NCBI GenBank assembly: GCA_021648085.1 | Contig: JAKITS010000001.1 | Coordinates: forward strand, 260,948 to 324,947 | Reading direction: 5' to 3' | DNA length: 64,000 nucleotides | Source of the DNA: Candidatus Magasanikiibacteriota bacterium | GTDB taxonomy: Bacteria; Patescibacteriota; Patescibacteriia; Magasanikbacterales; UBA922 | Part shown: positions 37,926-47,275 of the stretch, piece after piece | How the letters are laid out: each line of letters begins with the position of its first letter | Position numbering within the stretch: the stretch's first letter is position 1 | Translations under genes and position numbers: made by a program | Notes under the pieces: generated by a model | What the model was told of the DNA's origin: nothing | The model's database searches: none | Seen by the model: only the letters and a program-made list of their open reading frames with translations

Positions 37926-38315
37926 CTAGAACTCAAAATATTTTACTGTAATTGTATGAATATCGCAGAAATTAAAAGATAGTGTCTCGTGCACTTTTTC
38001 ATTTTTATTTGGTTGGGGTGTATATAAAAATAAAACTGAATTTTCTGATATATCAACCTCAACTTTATTTATAGGTGAAATTGTAATAGTAAAAAATTTA
38101 GAGAGATTTTTATCTAGAGTTTCAAAAATCTGTTTTTTTGCAATAAATCTAATTTGACAAACACCATCATAATTTAATGCATCTTTAATTTGTTTTATTA
38201 TTAAAGTATAATTTTCTTTAGGCTTGTCTAATTTATCAATTGCATCAGAAATTTTTCCAAGAGCATTAACCAAATCATTTTTAATTTTTTTTGCAGTTTC
38301 ACTCAATTTAAACAC
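37926..38315 (-). CDS. Hypothetical protein
   Basis: 129-aa ORF; no motif recognised. Confidence 0.35.
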   Translation of the reverse strand: MFKLSETAKKIKNDLVNALGKISDAIDKLDKPKENYTLIIKQIKDALNYDGVCQIRFIAKKQIFETLDKNLSKFFTITISPINKVEVDISENSVLFLYTPQPNKNEKVHETLSFNFCDIHTITVKYFEF

Positions 38316-38435
38316 GATAAACCCCCTTTATATTCTGGTTTTATAAAATGAACTGTAATAAATTTAGCATAAAATAGTAAAAAAGTCAATAAAAAAGCTT
38401 GTAATGTTATAATTAATAATGCATAATATTCGAAT

Positions 38436-39377
38436 ATGTATTTAGACAAAACAAAAAAGTTATTAATTAGAGAAACATTAGCATTGTTAGATGTTGTTTG
38501 TGGTTTGGAAAATATTCCTTTGGATTTAATAAAAGATAATCAAATTTATTCAGCAGAAGATTTACATAAAAGTTGGAATTTTTTGACTGATCCAAAAAAT
38601 CACAATGAAAAAGAGTTTTGCTATTTGGTTCACGGCTTGCAAAATAGTATTTCACGAATAAAGCAGTTTTTGTTTATTTACGAAAAAGATGTCTGGAATG
38701 ATACTCATTATTTTGATTTATTGAAAAATCCGTTTGAGATAAATAAAAAGAAATTAATTTCTGCGTCGGTTGTAAATAATTCTCACATAAAAACTTATGG
38801 CGAACTTGGTTTAATTTTAAAATTTCCGTTTGAAAATATTCTGCACACTTGTATTTCGGACAGTGGCACAGATTTTACAAACCCAGAATGTGTTTTGAAA
38901 AATTCCAAGAAAATAGTTTTACCAATAGAAAATTTGATAAATCAAAGTTGTAAAAATAGTTCATATAATGAAGTGGTTTTGACAGGAAAAACAGAAAGTG
39001 GAGAGATAGAGACTGTTGGATTTTGGGTAAATACTTTTGAAGATGGAGAGCCGATAGATATGGATGGTTCGGATAAATTAGCTTTTTTGAGTAAAGAATA
39101 TAATTTGCCATTAATAAAATTTGTAAGGAATATAGATGATTTGCAAGAGAAATTATTGGAAGTTCTGGAAAGAATAAAAAATAAAAATCATTACTCACTT
39201 GCAATAAATGAAGGTGAAAAGAAATTTTTGGTAGATTGCAGTGCAGGAAATTTTAGAATGATAAACGAAAAATTAGAAGAAATAAAACTAGATTTAGAAA
39301 CTACAAGAAAAATAGAAGAAAGAACTTTAAAATTATTACAAAACCTTGCAAATAGCTGGGAAAAAGCGTTAATATAA
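38436..39377 (+). CDS. Hypothetical protein
   Basis: 313-aa ORF, several Cys, no motif recognised; immediately upstream of tatD. Confidence 0.4.
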   Translation: MYLDKTKKLLIRETLALLDVVCGLENIPLDLIKDNQIYSAEDLHKSWNFLTDPKNHNEKEFCYLVHGLQNSISRIKQFLFIYEKDVWNDTHYFDLLKNPFEINKKKLISASVVNNSHIKTYGELGLILKFPFENILHTCISDSGTDFTNPECVLKNSKKIVLPIENLINQSCKNSSYNEVVLTGKTESGEIETVGFWVNTFEDGEPIDMDGSDKLAFLSKEYNLPLIKFVRNIDDLQEKLLEVLERIKNKNHYSLAINEGEKKFLVDCSAGNFRMINEKLEEIKLDLETTRKIEERTLKLLQNLANSWEKALI

Positions 39378-39382
39378 GATGT

Positions 39383-40228
39383 ATGATTATAGATTCACAT
39401 TCACATATACAATTTAAAACTTTTGTGGGTGATGTAGAAAATGTTATAAAAAGAACTTTGGAAAAAGGTGTTTTTATAAATACGGTTGGTACGCAAAGCA
39501 ATACAAGTAAAAAAGCAGTAGAAATCGCAGAAAAATACGATGGAGTTTTTGCGACGATTGGAGTTCACCCAACCCATGTTTTTAGTACAGATGTAGAAGA
39601 GGAGGGAAGTGCTTTCAAATCTCGCGCAGAAGATTTTGATTATGAATTTTATAAAGATTTAGCAAAGTCACCAAAGGTAATTGGAATTGGTGAAACTGGA
39701 ATGGATGGTTTTCATATTCCAAAAAATTTAGACAAAAAAGAAGTTTTTGCGAAACAAAAAGAAATTTTTCTAAGTCATTATAAATTGGCGCAGGAGTTAG
39801 ATTTACCACTTGTAATACATGTTCGCGATGCTCACGAGGAATTGCTGAAAGTTTTGAGTGAATTACCAAAACCAATTCGTGGAGTAGTTCATTGTTTTAC
39901 TTCCAATTGGGAAGATGCACAAAAATATCTTGACTTGGGATTACATTTGGGGTTTACTGGTATTGTGACATTTTCACCAAAGAAAACAGACCCGCAAACA
40001 CAACTAGATTTGCTAGAGGTTGTAGAAAATTGTCCACTTGATAGAATGTTGGTGGAAACAGATGCACCGTTTTTAGCCCCACAAAAATATAGAGGGAAAA
40101 GGTGTGAGCCATGGATGGTAGAGGAAGTTGTAAAATTTATCGCAGAGTTTAGGGGTTTGGATGAAGGGGAATTGAAAAAACAAGTTTTAAAAAATACAAA
40201 AAGTTTGTTTACAAAAATAAATATTTAA
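39383..40228 (+). CDS. tatD: TatD family metal-dependent hydrolase/DNase
   Basis: N-terminal IDSHSHIQ His pair, and TIM-barrel metal ligands (GETGMD, HVRDAH, HCFT, ETDAPF). Confidence 0.85.
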   Translation: MIIDSHSHIQFKTFVGDVENVIKRTLEKGVFINTVGTQSNTSKKAVEIAEKYDGVFATIGVHPTHVFSTDVEEEGSAFKSRAEDFDYEFYKDLAKSPKVIGIGETGMDGFHIPKNLDKKEVFAKQKEIFLSHYKLAQELDLPLVIHVRDAHEELLKVLSELPKPIRGVVHCFTSNWEDAQKYLDLGLHLGFTGIVTFSPKKTDPQTQLDLLEVVENCPLDRMLVETDAPFLAPQKYRGKRCEPWMVEEVVKFIAEFRGLDEGELKKQVLKNTKSLFTKINI

Positions 40229-40237
40229 TTTAAGAAT

Positions 40238-40975
40238 ATGGAAGAAAAAAGTTTAACAAAGTTTATATTGGTAGGAGTTTTTGCTATTGCTGTGGTAGCT
40301 CTTGGTTTTTGGGTTGTAAATTATGAAAAACCAGAGCCAGAGCTAACTCAAGAGACAGCTGGTCCAGATATTTCTGGAGTGAGCATTATAGATGAAAGTG
40401 ATGATATTTGGTGGGATGAAGAATATTCTATAAATATTGAAAATTCAGAGTTGCGTTGGACTGGATATAAGCTAGCAGGTTCTCACACTGGAACTGTTGG
40501 AATAAAAGAAGGAATAATCTTAGAAAAAGATGGTATTTTTGCAGGAGGTTGGTTTAAGATAGGTATGAATAGTATTTTAGTAGATGACATAGAAGATGAG
40601 GAATCAAACAAAAGTTTGGTAGACCATTTGAAAAACGAAGAATTTTTTAATACAGCTGAATTTCCAGAAGCAACATTTACAATAGATCAGGTTTTAAAAG
40701 AAAAAGGTGTTAATATGTATAGTACAATTGGAAAATTTACAATAAAAGGTGTAGAGCGTGAAATTGGTTTGTTTACTCATATTGTAAAAGAAGGTGATAG
40801 GTATATTATAAAATCTGATTTCGCAATTGACAGAACACTTTGGGGAATTCGCTATGGTTCAAATAAATTTTTTGATGATTTGGGGGATAAGCTAATAGAC
40901 GATACAATAGAATTTGAATTGAAAATGGTTTTGGATAAAGAAGATGTACAGGTAAATGAAGAGGTTGTAGAGTAG
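40238..40975 (+). CDS. YceI-like family protein with N-terminal membrane anchor
   Basis: TM helix then YceI-type lipocalin-like beta-barrel blocks (WTGYKLAGSHTGTVG, EFFNTAEFPEATF, GKFTIKGVEREI). Confidence 0.6.
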   Translation: MEEKSLTKFILVGVFAIAVVALGFWVVNYEKPEPELTQETAGPDISGVSIIDESDDIWWDEEYSINIENSELRWTGYKLAGSHTGTVGIKEGIILEKDGIFAGGWFKIGMNSILVDDIEDEESNKSLVDHLKNEEFFNTAEFPEATFTIDQVLKEKGVNMYSTIGKFTIKGVEREIGLFTHIVKEGDRYIIKSDFAIDRTLWGIRYGSNKFFDDLGDKLIDDTIEFELKMVLDKEDVQVNEEVVE

Positions 40976-40993
40976 TAAATTTTTTAAAATAAA

Positions 40994-41018
40994 AAACTCC
41001 TAGAAAATCTAGGAGTTT
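40994..41018. terminator. Bidirectional rho-independent terminator
   Basis: AAACTCCTAGAAAATCTAGGAGTTT hairpin with flanking A/T runs. Confidence 0.65.
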
Positions 41019-41024
41019 GTTATT

Positions 41025-43199
41025 TTAAATCTGTATAACACCTTTTTGAGTATTTATTTTTTTGTGGTGAGCAATTCCAAATTTGAGCTGTTCATAAGTA
41101 AATTTCCCCTTGAATTTATTGTGGAAAGGTTTCATTATCACGGGTACACCTTTTTTATCTATCATTTCTAAAATTTCTTTTAAATCGTATTTGGTCATAA
41201 AATCAAATATTTTTATATCGTAGCCTTCTTCATATAGTTGTATTATGTGGTTATAAATAGTTTGAGTTTTTAGTTTTCTTTCTCTTGCAATTTGAGCAAC
41301 TGGAGCACCTTGGCGATAATGGGAGAAGGTTACTTGTTGTGTACTGCCTTTAAATTTAGTTTCTTTTGTGTCGCAGGATTTTATAAATTTTGTAATTTCA
41401 TCTATAAATTGTTGTCCGTAAGATACAAATTTTTTATCACCAACTCCTGTAATTTTTTTCATTTCTTTTTCTGTGATTGGCATATTTTGTGTCATTTCGT
41501 CCAAAGTTTTATCATTGAAAACTATATATGGCGGGATATCTTTTTGTTTAGAAATACCTCTACGAAGTTCGCGAAGGAGATGAAAAAGTTTTTCTTCGGC
41601 AGTTTCTCTTTTTGTTTGCACTTTTTCTTTGGTTTGTTTTTTGGCACGCTGCTGTATAGATTCTAGTGTAACGAATTTAACTTGTTTTTTGCCAAGCAAA
41701 ACTTCTTTTCCAACTTCTGAGATACTTAGTTTATTATTATTGTCGTATGCCACATCTATCAAACCTAAGTTGAGCATTTGGAGTAGATAGTGGTGCCAGT
41801 TTTCTTGTGAGATGTCTTTGCCTGCGCCGTACGTCTTTATTTTATCCAAACCTTGTGCAACCAAGTCAAATCTTCTAGAACCCCGCAAAACGTCTATCAG
41901 CATCTGTATTCCAACATTGGATTTCAATCTATAAATTGCAGAAAGTGCTTTGCGAGAAATCTCTGTGCCATCAAAAATTTCTGGTGGATTGTCGCAAACA
42001 TCACAATTATCACAATTTTTATCCAAATGTTCATTGAAATAGGCAAGTAATGTTCTACGACGACAAATTAGTGAGTCTGCAAACTGTTGCATTCTATTTA
42101 ATTTTGCAAGTTGAAGCTGAGGTTGACCACTTTCTGTAGCAAATCTTTTAAGTAGGACAACATCTGCAAAAGTGTAAAATAAAACTACTTCACTCGGCAT
42201 TCCATCTCTTCCAGCTCGTCCAATTTCTTGATAGTATCCTTCTATATTTTTGGGTAAGTTGTAATGAATTACAAACCGTACATTTGACTTATCTATCCCC
42301 ATTCCAAAAGCAATGGTTGCAACTATTATGTCTGTGCGTCCATAAATAAAATCTTCTTGTTTTTTCGAGCGATCATAAGAGTTTACACCAGCATGGTAAT
42401 ACTCCGCATTTATTCCATATTTTTGCAATTCTATTGCAGTTTTTTCAGTTTGTTTTCTACTTAAACAATATATAATTCCACATTCGTCTTTTCGCGCTTT
42501 TACAAACTCTAATATTTTTTGCATTCTTTTTCTGGCTGGCAATACAGAAAGATGAAGATTTGGTCTATCGAAAGAAGAGATAAAAACTTTTGGTTTATTT
42601 AGGGATAGTTGAGTCAAAATATCTTTGCGAGTAAGTTTGTCTGCAGTAGCTGTAAGAGCAATAATAGGAATATTTGGAAAATGAGATTTTAAATATGAAA
42701 GTTTTGTATATTCTTTGCGGAAATCATGACCCCAAGAAGAAATACAGTGAGCCTCGTCTATTGCAAATAAACTAACATTTATTTCTTGTAGAAAATTTTG
42801 AAAATAAGGTGATACTAGTTTTTCTGGAGAAACATACAAAAGTTTAATTTCGCCGTTTCTCACAGCCTTTTCCACATCTAAAGCTTCTTCATTTTCTAGC
42901 GAACTATTCAAAAAATTTGCACGAATTCCACTACCAACCAAACTCTCAACTTGATCTTTCATAAGTGCAATAAGAGGGGAAACCACGATAGTGATTCCGG
43001 GCAAAATAGTAGCAGGAAGTTGGTAGCACAAAGATTTTCCACCACCAGTAGGCATTAGAACTAGACAATCTTGTTTTGCGAGAACTGTATCTATAATTTC
43101 TTTTTGAGTAGAGCGAAATTTGCTAAATCCAAAATTGTGTTTCAGTGATTTTTGTATTTCTTTTTTATTCATAGAATTTATTGTATCAAAGAATATCAA
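41025..43199 (-). CDS. recQ: ATP-dependent DNA helicase RecQ, with ~110-aa C-terminal HTH-like extension
   Basis: Helicase motifs (LMPTGGGKSLCYQLPA, DEAH, SAT), zinc-binding RQC cysteines, HRDC region; an extra C-terminal domain follows the HRDC. Confidence 0.9.
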   Translation of the reverse strand: MIFFDTINSMNKKEIQKSLKHNFGFSKFRSTQKEIIDTVLAKQDCLVLMPTGGGKSLCYQLPATILPGITIVVSPLIALMKDQVESLVGSGIRANFLNSSLENEEALDVEKAVRNGEIKLLYVSPEKLVSPYFQNFLQEINVSLFAIDEAHCISSWGHDFRKEYTKLSYLKSHFPNIPIIALTATADKLTRKDILTQLSLNKPKVFISSFDRPNLHLSVLPARKRMQKILEFVKARKDECGIIYCLSRKQTEKTAIELQKYGINAEYYHAGVNSYDRSKKQEDFIYGRTDIIVATIAFGMGIDKSNVRFVIHYNLPKNIEGYYQEIGRAGRDGMPSEVVLFYTFADVVLLKRFATESGQPQLQLAKLNRMQQFADSLICRRRTLLAYFNEHLDKNCDNCDVCDNPPEIFDGTEISRKALSAIYRLKSNVGIQMLIDVLRGSRRFDLVAQGLDKIKTYGAGKDISQENWHHYLLQMLNLGLIDVAYDNNNKLSISEVGKEVLLGKKQVKFVTLESIQQRAKKQTKEKVQTKRETAEEKLFHLLRELRRGISKQKDIPPYIVFNDKTLDEMTQNMPITEKEMKKITGVGDKKFVSYGQQFIDEITKFIKSCDTKETKFKGSTQQVTFSHYRQGAPVAQIARERKLKTQTIYNHIIQLYEEGYDIKIFDFMTKYDLKEILEMIDKKGVPVIMKPFHNKFKGKFTYEQLKFGIAHHKKINTQKGVIQI

Positions 43200-43211
43200 A
43201 AAGACATATTT

Positions 43212-43239
43212 TTTATATCAAAAAACTCCTAAAGTTTAA
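43212..43239 (-). terminator. Rho-independent terminator for the minus-strand coiled-coil gene
   Basis: AAAACTCCT-AAAGTTTAAT-AGGAGTTTT hairpin; T-run follows on the minus strand. Confidence 0.5.
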
Positions 43240-43257
43240 TAGGAGTTTTTATAATTG

Positions 43258-43608
43258 TTATATTTTTTGGAATTTTACACTGAATATTGGTTCGTAGTCG
43301 TTGCCATATTCATCTTTTAGTTCTATTGGTTTTCCTTTCATCAGAGTTGTAAGTGCAATATCGCTTAACATTTGCTTATCATTCATTAAGTCTTCTTTTA
43401 GATTGTCTAACTGACCGAATTCTGAACTGAAGTCGGCTTTTATTTGATTTTCTATGCTTTTCTTTTTTTCTTTCAAAACACTTAGTTTATCTGCAATTTC
43501 TTTGTATTGTGAAGAGGCTTCCAAGGCATCTCTATATGCAGATTTTATGTCTTTTTGTTTTCTCTGTGTTTCTTTTATTCGTTCAAAGATTTCGCGTATG
43601 TCTTTCAT
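43258..43608 (-). CDS. Hypothetical coiled-coil protein
   Basis: 116 aa, heptad-rich, Lys/Glu-rich. Confidence 0.35.
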   Translation of the reverse strand: MKDIREIFERIKETQRKQKDIKSAYRDALEASSQYKEIADKLSVLKEKKKSIENQIKADFSSEFGQLDNLKEDLMNDKQMLSDIALTTLMKGKPIELKDEYGNDYEPIFSVKFQKI

Positions 43609-43723
43609 AGTTTAGTCTAAAAAATTATAGAAATATTATAACATATTTTTATAATTTTGTATTTTTATTTTGTTTGGTGTTAGTGTTGTGCTAATATAAT
43701 TACTCACTCAAAAGGAGGGTAAA

Positions 43724-44794
43724 ATGGCTGTTCGTTTAGAATTGAATCCAAAAGCAGTTGGTTTTTTTGGAGACAGAGCTGTGCGCAATGAGGACGCAAG
43801 AAGAAGAGTGCCAAAAAGAAAATATGATGATTATTTTTGGGATGAACATGTGGGACCTTTTGAAATAGATGAAGTAGAACTTAGCGAGAGTAAAGGGATT
43901 CGTAGATTAGGATTGAAAACTCAAGTTGTGACAGCTCCTGGGAATCCACATGTGCGGACTCGGCTTACCCCACTTTAGAAGTTAGGTATTTTGTGGTTAA
44001 ACCTGCTAGAATTTTAGGGCTGAACCACGAATTATGTTCTGCTTCTGCTATTGGTCATGATATTGGGCATACACCATTTGGTCATGCTGGAGAAAGTTTT
44101 TTGGCAGAAGTGACAGGTAAAAAATTTAGGCATAATATTTTTAGCGTTGTGATTGCCCAATTTATTGAAAGAACTGGGAGTGGTTTAGGGCTCACACACC
44201 AAACTTTGTCTGGGATGAAGAATCATTCTAGAGGTGGTGGAGATGTTGTTTCAGATTTAAAAGCATCATTAGAAGATAATTTGTTGATGTTGGGGGATAA
44301 AATAGCTTACACATGGTCGGATATAAATGATATATTTTTTAGGTTAAAACTTTTGGATATTGCTGATTTTCCAGAATTGCAAATACTTATGAATTGGTTT
44401 GGAAATAACCAAAGAGAAAGGATGAAAACCTGTATTATTGGTTTGTGCAACGAATCCGTAGAAAAAAATACGATTTCCTTTATCGATAGTGATGCTGGAG
44501 CTAAATTTAATCGTATAAAAAAACTATGTATGAAAAAAATATGGTAAATCTAATTTTAAAGGTGTAAGGGATAATTTAGCAAAAGTTTATGACTTTTTAC
44601 TTGGCAATCCTCTTTTAGGTACGGTTGATCCCGCGATAGCTTTGGCTCTTATGACAGATAATGATGTGTTTGCTTTGTGTAAAAAGAAATATTTAAAAGA
44701 ACAACATGATTTACTGCGGTCTTCTGTTTGGGAAATTATTCCCAAATTGCAAGGCAGGGAAATTGATTTTATGGATCCAGGTTTAGATTGGTAG
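43724..44794 (+). pseudogene. dgt: dGTPase-like HD-domain phosphohydrolase (Dgt family) split by two homopolymer-associated frameshifts
   Basis: Piece 1 (43724-43978) ends ...IRRLGLKTQVVTAPGNPHVRTRLTPL*. Piece 2 (frame +1, 43993-44547) carries the HD motif IGHDIGHTPFGHAGE. Piece 3 (frame +2 to 44794, no start codon) is a Dgt-like C-terminus (KVYDFLLGNP...). Adding one C to the C4 run near 43967-43970 and removing one A from the A7 run at 44533-44539 gives one ~356-aa Dgt-like ORF. A terminator follows only after the third piece. Confidence 0.6.
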
Positions 44795-44805
44795 TTTTAT
44801 ATTTT

Positions 44806-44837
44806 AAACCGACTTTTAATAAGTCGGTTTTTTTATT
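44806..44837 (+). terminator. Rho-independent terminator
   Basis: AAACCGACTT-TTAAT-AAGTCGGTTT hairpin followed by TTTTTTT. Confidence 0.6.
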
Positions 44838-44900
44838 TGACAGAAGTTTTTTTAAAATATAGAATTCATCACAGTACCTTACAACTTATAGGAGAAAAAA

Positions 44901-46178
44901 ATGGAAACAGACTATAAACATGCTTTCTGTTTTGTTTTAGACCTTTTAAATAGAGGGTTATTTACGACAGAAGAAACTTCAAAAGTTCTTGAAAAAATAT
45001 TAAATAAAGAAACTAGGAAAAATTGCATTGCGGAGTGTCTTAGGTGTAAAAGATTTGAGAATGATTTTGATTTTGTATTTTCGGATATACAAAATCATTT
45101 TACTTATTGGCCTGTATATTTCAAGAGATTTCTCGAAGAAGTTTCTGAATTACCAGAATTAACTTTTACGAGTAGGCTTGTACATGCGAGATTGGCTTAT
45201 TTTTTGGAAAGATGTTATTTGGAGCACACAGATAGGGGTTTTAATTTTTCTGGATTTAATATGAAAGTTGGAGATGTTTTGGAGAAAGTTAGTTTACCAG
45301 GTTTTTTGAGAGAATCTAATTTGATTTTAATAGGAAAAAGACAGCCAAGTTTCAGTGAAAGTGTTCGAGCAACCCTACTTAGATACAAAAAAATGGAAGA
45401 GTTTGGTAGAATTTTTGTTGGTGACCAAAATGTGCAAGCAATAATTTTGGGAGGATCTTTGGGGTATGGCCCATTTTTAAATGTTCGGTCTGCAGTAGGA
45501 AATTCAAGTAGTTCAGATTTGGATGTTATTGTTATTGTAAAAGATTTTAATGATATTATTAAAAATAGAAAATTTTACAAAACAGCTCTGTTTTACAAAA
45601 AAGCTAAACATCAGTTTAAAAGAAGATTGGGTGTATTTCAGGAATTATATAAAAAAATGGATGCTGTTGTTTTTAGTCAAAAGTTTGATATTGTGGATAC
45701 AGATTTTTATATAAGTATTCATTTTATAACAATCGATACACTAAAATCAATTATCGGCAAACCGTTTGAAGCTCAATTACTAAGAAGTGAAGATATTAGT
45801 CTTTATGTTTCAGACTATAAAGCTAAAAATAAAATATTTTTTGGTGATAGATTTGGGTTTAGTAAAATAATAAAAAGTAAACCTATTTTAAAATTAGAAA
45901 ATCAAAAAATAAAAAGCGGTTTTATAACTTTTGTCGAGGGGTATTCCATAATAAATGGAAGGTTTTATCCTGGAATATATCATAATATAATTTCACCAAA
46001 ATTTTCTGTTTGGCATGATAAAGATAACGATACTACTAATTTGGTAAGAAGATTTAAACGGGTTTTTGTAGAGAGGTATAAAATGGAACGAGTTCAATTT
46101 AGAGATTGCTCTCATATATTTAATTCACACTTGAGATATCCAATTTTTTCTCCTATTTTGATGGCGCAAAACCGATAG
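44901..46178 (+). CDS. Pol-beta-superfamily nucleotidyltransferase domain protein (family unresolved)
   Basis: 425 aa. Central ILGGSLGYGPFLNVRSAVGNSSSSDLDVIVIV is a G[GS]-x(n)-[DE]h[DE]h nucleotidyltransferase signature, with a later acidic DIVDTD. N-terminal ~170 aa and C-terminal ~130 aa unassigned. GGAGA RBS. Confidence 0.5.
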   Translation: METDYKHAFCFVLDLLNRGLFTTEETSKVLEKILNKETRKNCIAECLRCKRFENDFDFVFSDIQNHFTYWPVYFKRFLEEVSELPELTFTSRLVHARLAYFLERCYLEHTDRGFNFSGFNMKVGDVLEKVSLPGFLRESNLILIGKRQPSFSESVRATLLRYKKMEEFGRIFVGDQNVQAIILGGSLGYGPFLNVRSAVGNSSSSDLDVIVIVKDFNDIIKNRKFYKTALFYKKAKHQFKRRLGVFQELYKKMDAVVFSQKFDIVDTDFYISIHFITIDTLKSIIGKPFEAQLLRSEDISLYVSDYKAKNKIFFGDRFGFSKIIKSKPILKLENQKIKSGFITFVEGYSIINGRFYPGIYHNIISPKFSVWHDKDNDTTNLVRRFKRVFVERYKMERVQFRDCSHIFNSHLRYPIFSPILMAQNR

Positions 46179-46731
46179 TTTGTTCAAATTTATGGACGGC
46201 CGCAGACATACTACGCACATCGTGTAAAGCATTGTGTGTGTGACCGTCCATTTTTAATCCTACGGCTTTATAAAGTGTTCCGCTAGAATATTTATCTGGA
46301 TCAACTCCCCAAAAGGGGAGTTTTTGTTTTACTTTTATAAAAGGTCTATTTTTATAAAGAAAAGATATGTTGTGGTAATTGCAATTTTGCAAAAATACTC
46401 CAAAATCAGCATTGAAAGTCCAAATAGTATTATCTCCACAAAAATTATAAAATTTTTCTAAAGCTTCTTTAAAATTTATCCCTTTTTTATCCATTTGTTT
46501 TTGTGTTATTCCTGTTAGTTCTGTTGAAAATTCTGGTAGAATTTTTGTAAAAGGAGGTTTTACTAATATATCAAAAAAACCTAACTCTTCGTTTGTTTTT
46601 GAATTTACCAAAATAGCTGCTATTTGTGTTACTTGTCTTTGTTCTTTTTCTGTGGGTCTTCCACTTTCTCGAGTCATTCCGGGATAGACATATTCCAAAT
46701 CTACGAATATTCTTTTTTTATCGGATTTCAT
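46153..46731 (-). CDS. 3'-5' exonuclease, DEDDh family (DnaQ/oligoribonuclease-like)
   Basis: Exo I FVDLEY, Exo II WTFNADFG, Exo III HNALHDV (H-x4-D); 192 aa. Its 3' end overlaps the convergent NTase gene by 26 nt. Confidence 0.65.
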   Translation of the reverse strand: MKSDKKRIFVDLEYVYPGMTRESGRPTEKEQRQVTQIAAILVNSKTNEELGFFDILVKPPFTKILPEFSTELTGITQKQMDKKGINFKEALEKFYNFCGDNTIWTFNADFGVFLQNCNYHNISFLYKNRPFIKVKQKLPFWGVDPDKYSSGTLYKAVGLKMDGHTHNALHDVRSMSAAVHKFEQTIGFAPSK

Positions 46732-46842
46732 ATTTTTACTAAATTTTATTATAAATATTTAGTATAACATAATTTTTAACTTGACAATCTTACTTTTTAA
46801 AGCTAATCTTTCTATATGGTCTTTTCAAAAAGGAGGTATGAA

Positions 46843-47181
46843 GTGTACAATGTATCTGGTGTATTTTTAAGATGTGAAGGCTTTGATAGCAGTAGTAAAG
46901 TTCTATGTCTGGTTCTTTATTTTGAAGATAAAAATGATATTAAATTATTTTTTATTTATTCTTCTTTACAGGGAAATTCTGTTTTAAATTCTTTTAGTGA
47001 TTCTGAACTTTCTATCTTTGACAAAACAGTTTTAAAGAAGAGGTTGTGTTCACTACCAAATAGTGATTCTATAAATATCCTGGGAATCTTAAGTGGTGCA
47101 AGTGCAAAAACGACAATGACATTAATTTGGAGATTAGCAGGTGATTATCCTAATAAAACAGAAAAGCCAGTATTAAATTAA
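46843..47181 (+). CDS. Hypothetical small protein
   Basis: AAGGAGG RBS then in-frame GTG; ~112 aa; followed by its own terminator. Confidence 0.35.
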   Translation: MYNVSGVFLRCEGFDSSSKVLCLVLYFEDKNDIKLFFIYSSLQGNSVLNSFSDSELSIFDKTVLKKRLCSLPNSDSINILGILSGASAKTTMTLIWRLAGDYPNKTEKPVLN

Positions 47182-47186
47182 AACTA

Positions 47187-47220
47187 AAAGCTCTAATCAA
47201 TTTAGAGCTTTTTTTTGATT
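47187..47220 (+). terminator. Rho-independent terminator
   Basis: AAAGCTCTAA-TCAA-TTTAGAGCTTT hairpin followed by TTTTTTT. Confidence 0.6.
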
Positions 47221-47275
47221 TTTAATTTATTTTTTGGTAAGATTGTTTCAGGTGTTCTTTTCAATAGGAGGAAAG

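Noticed and set aside
43258-43608. Coiled-coil 116-aa gene considered as a possible partner (e.g. antitoxin or regulator) of the adjacent dgt/NTase region.
   Set aside because: It is on the opposite strand with its own terminator and has no recognisable DNA-binding motif. There is no evidence of linkage.
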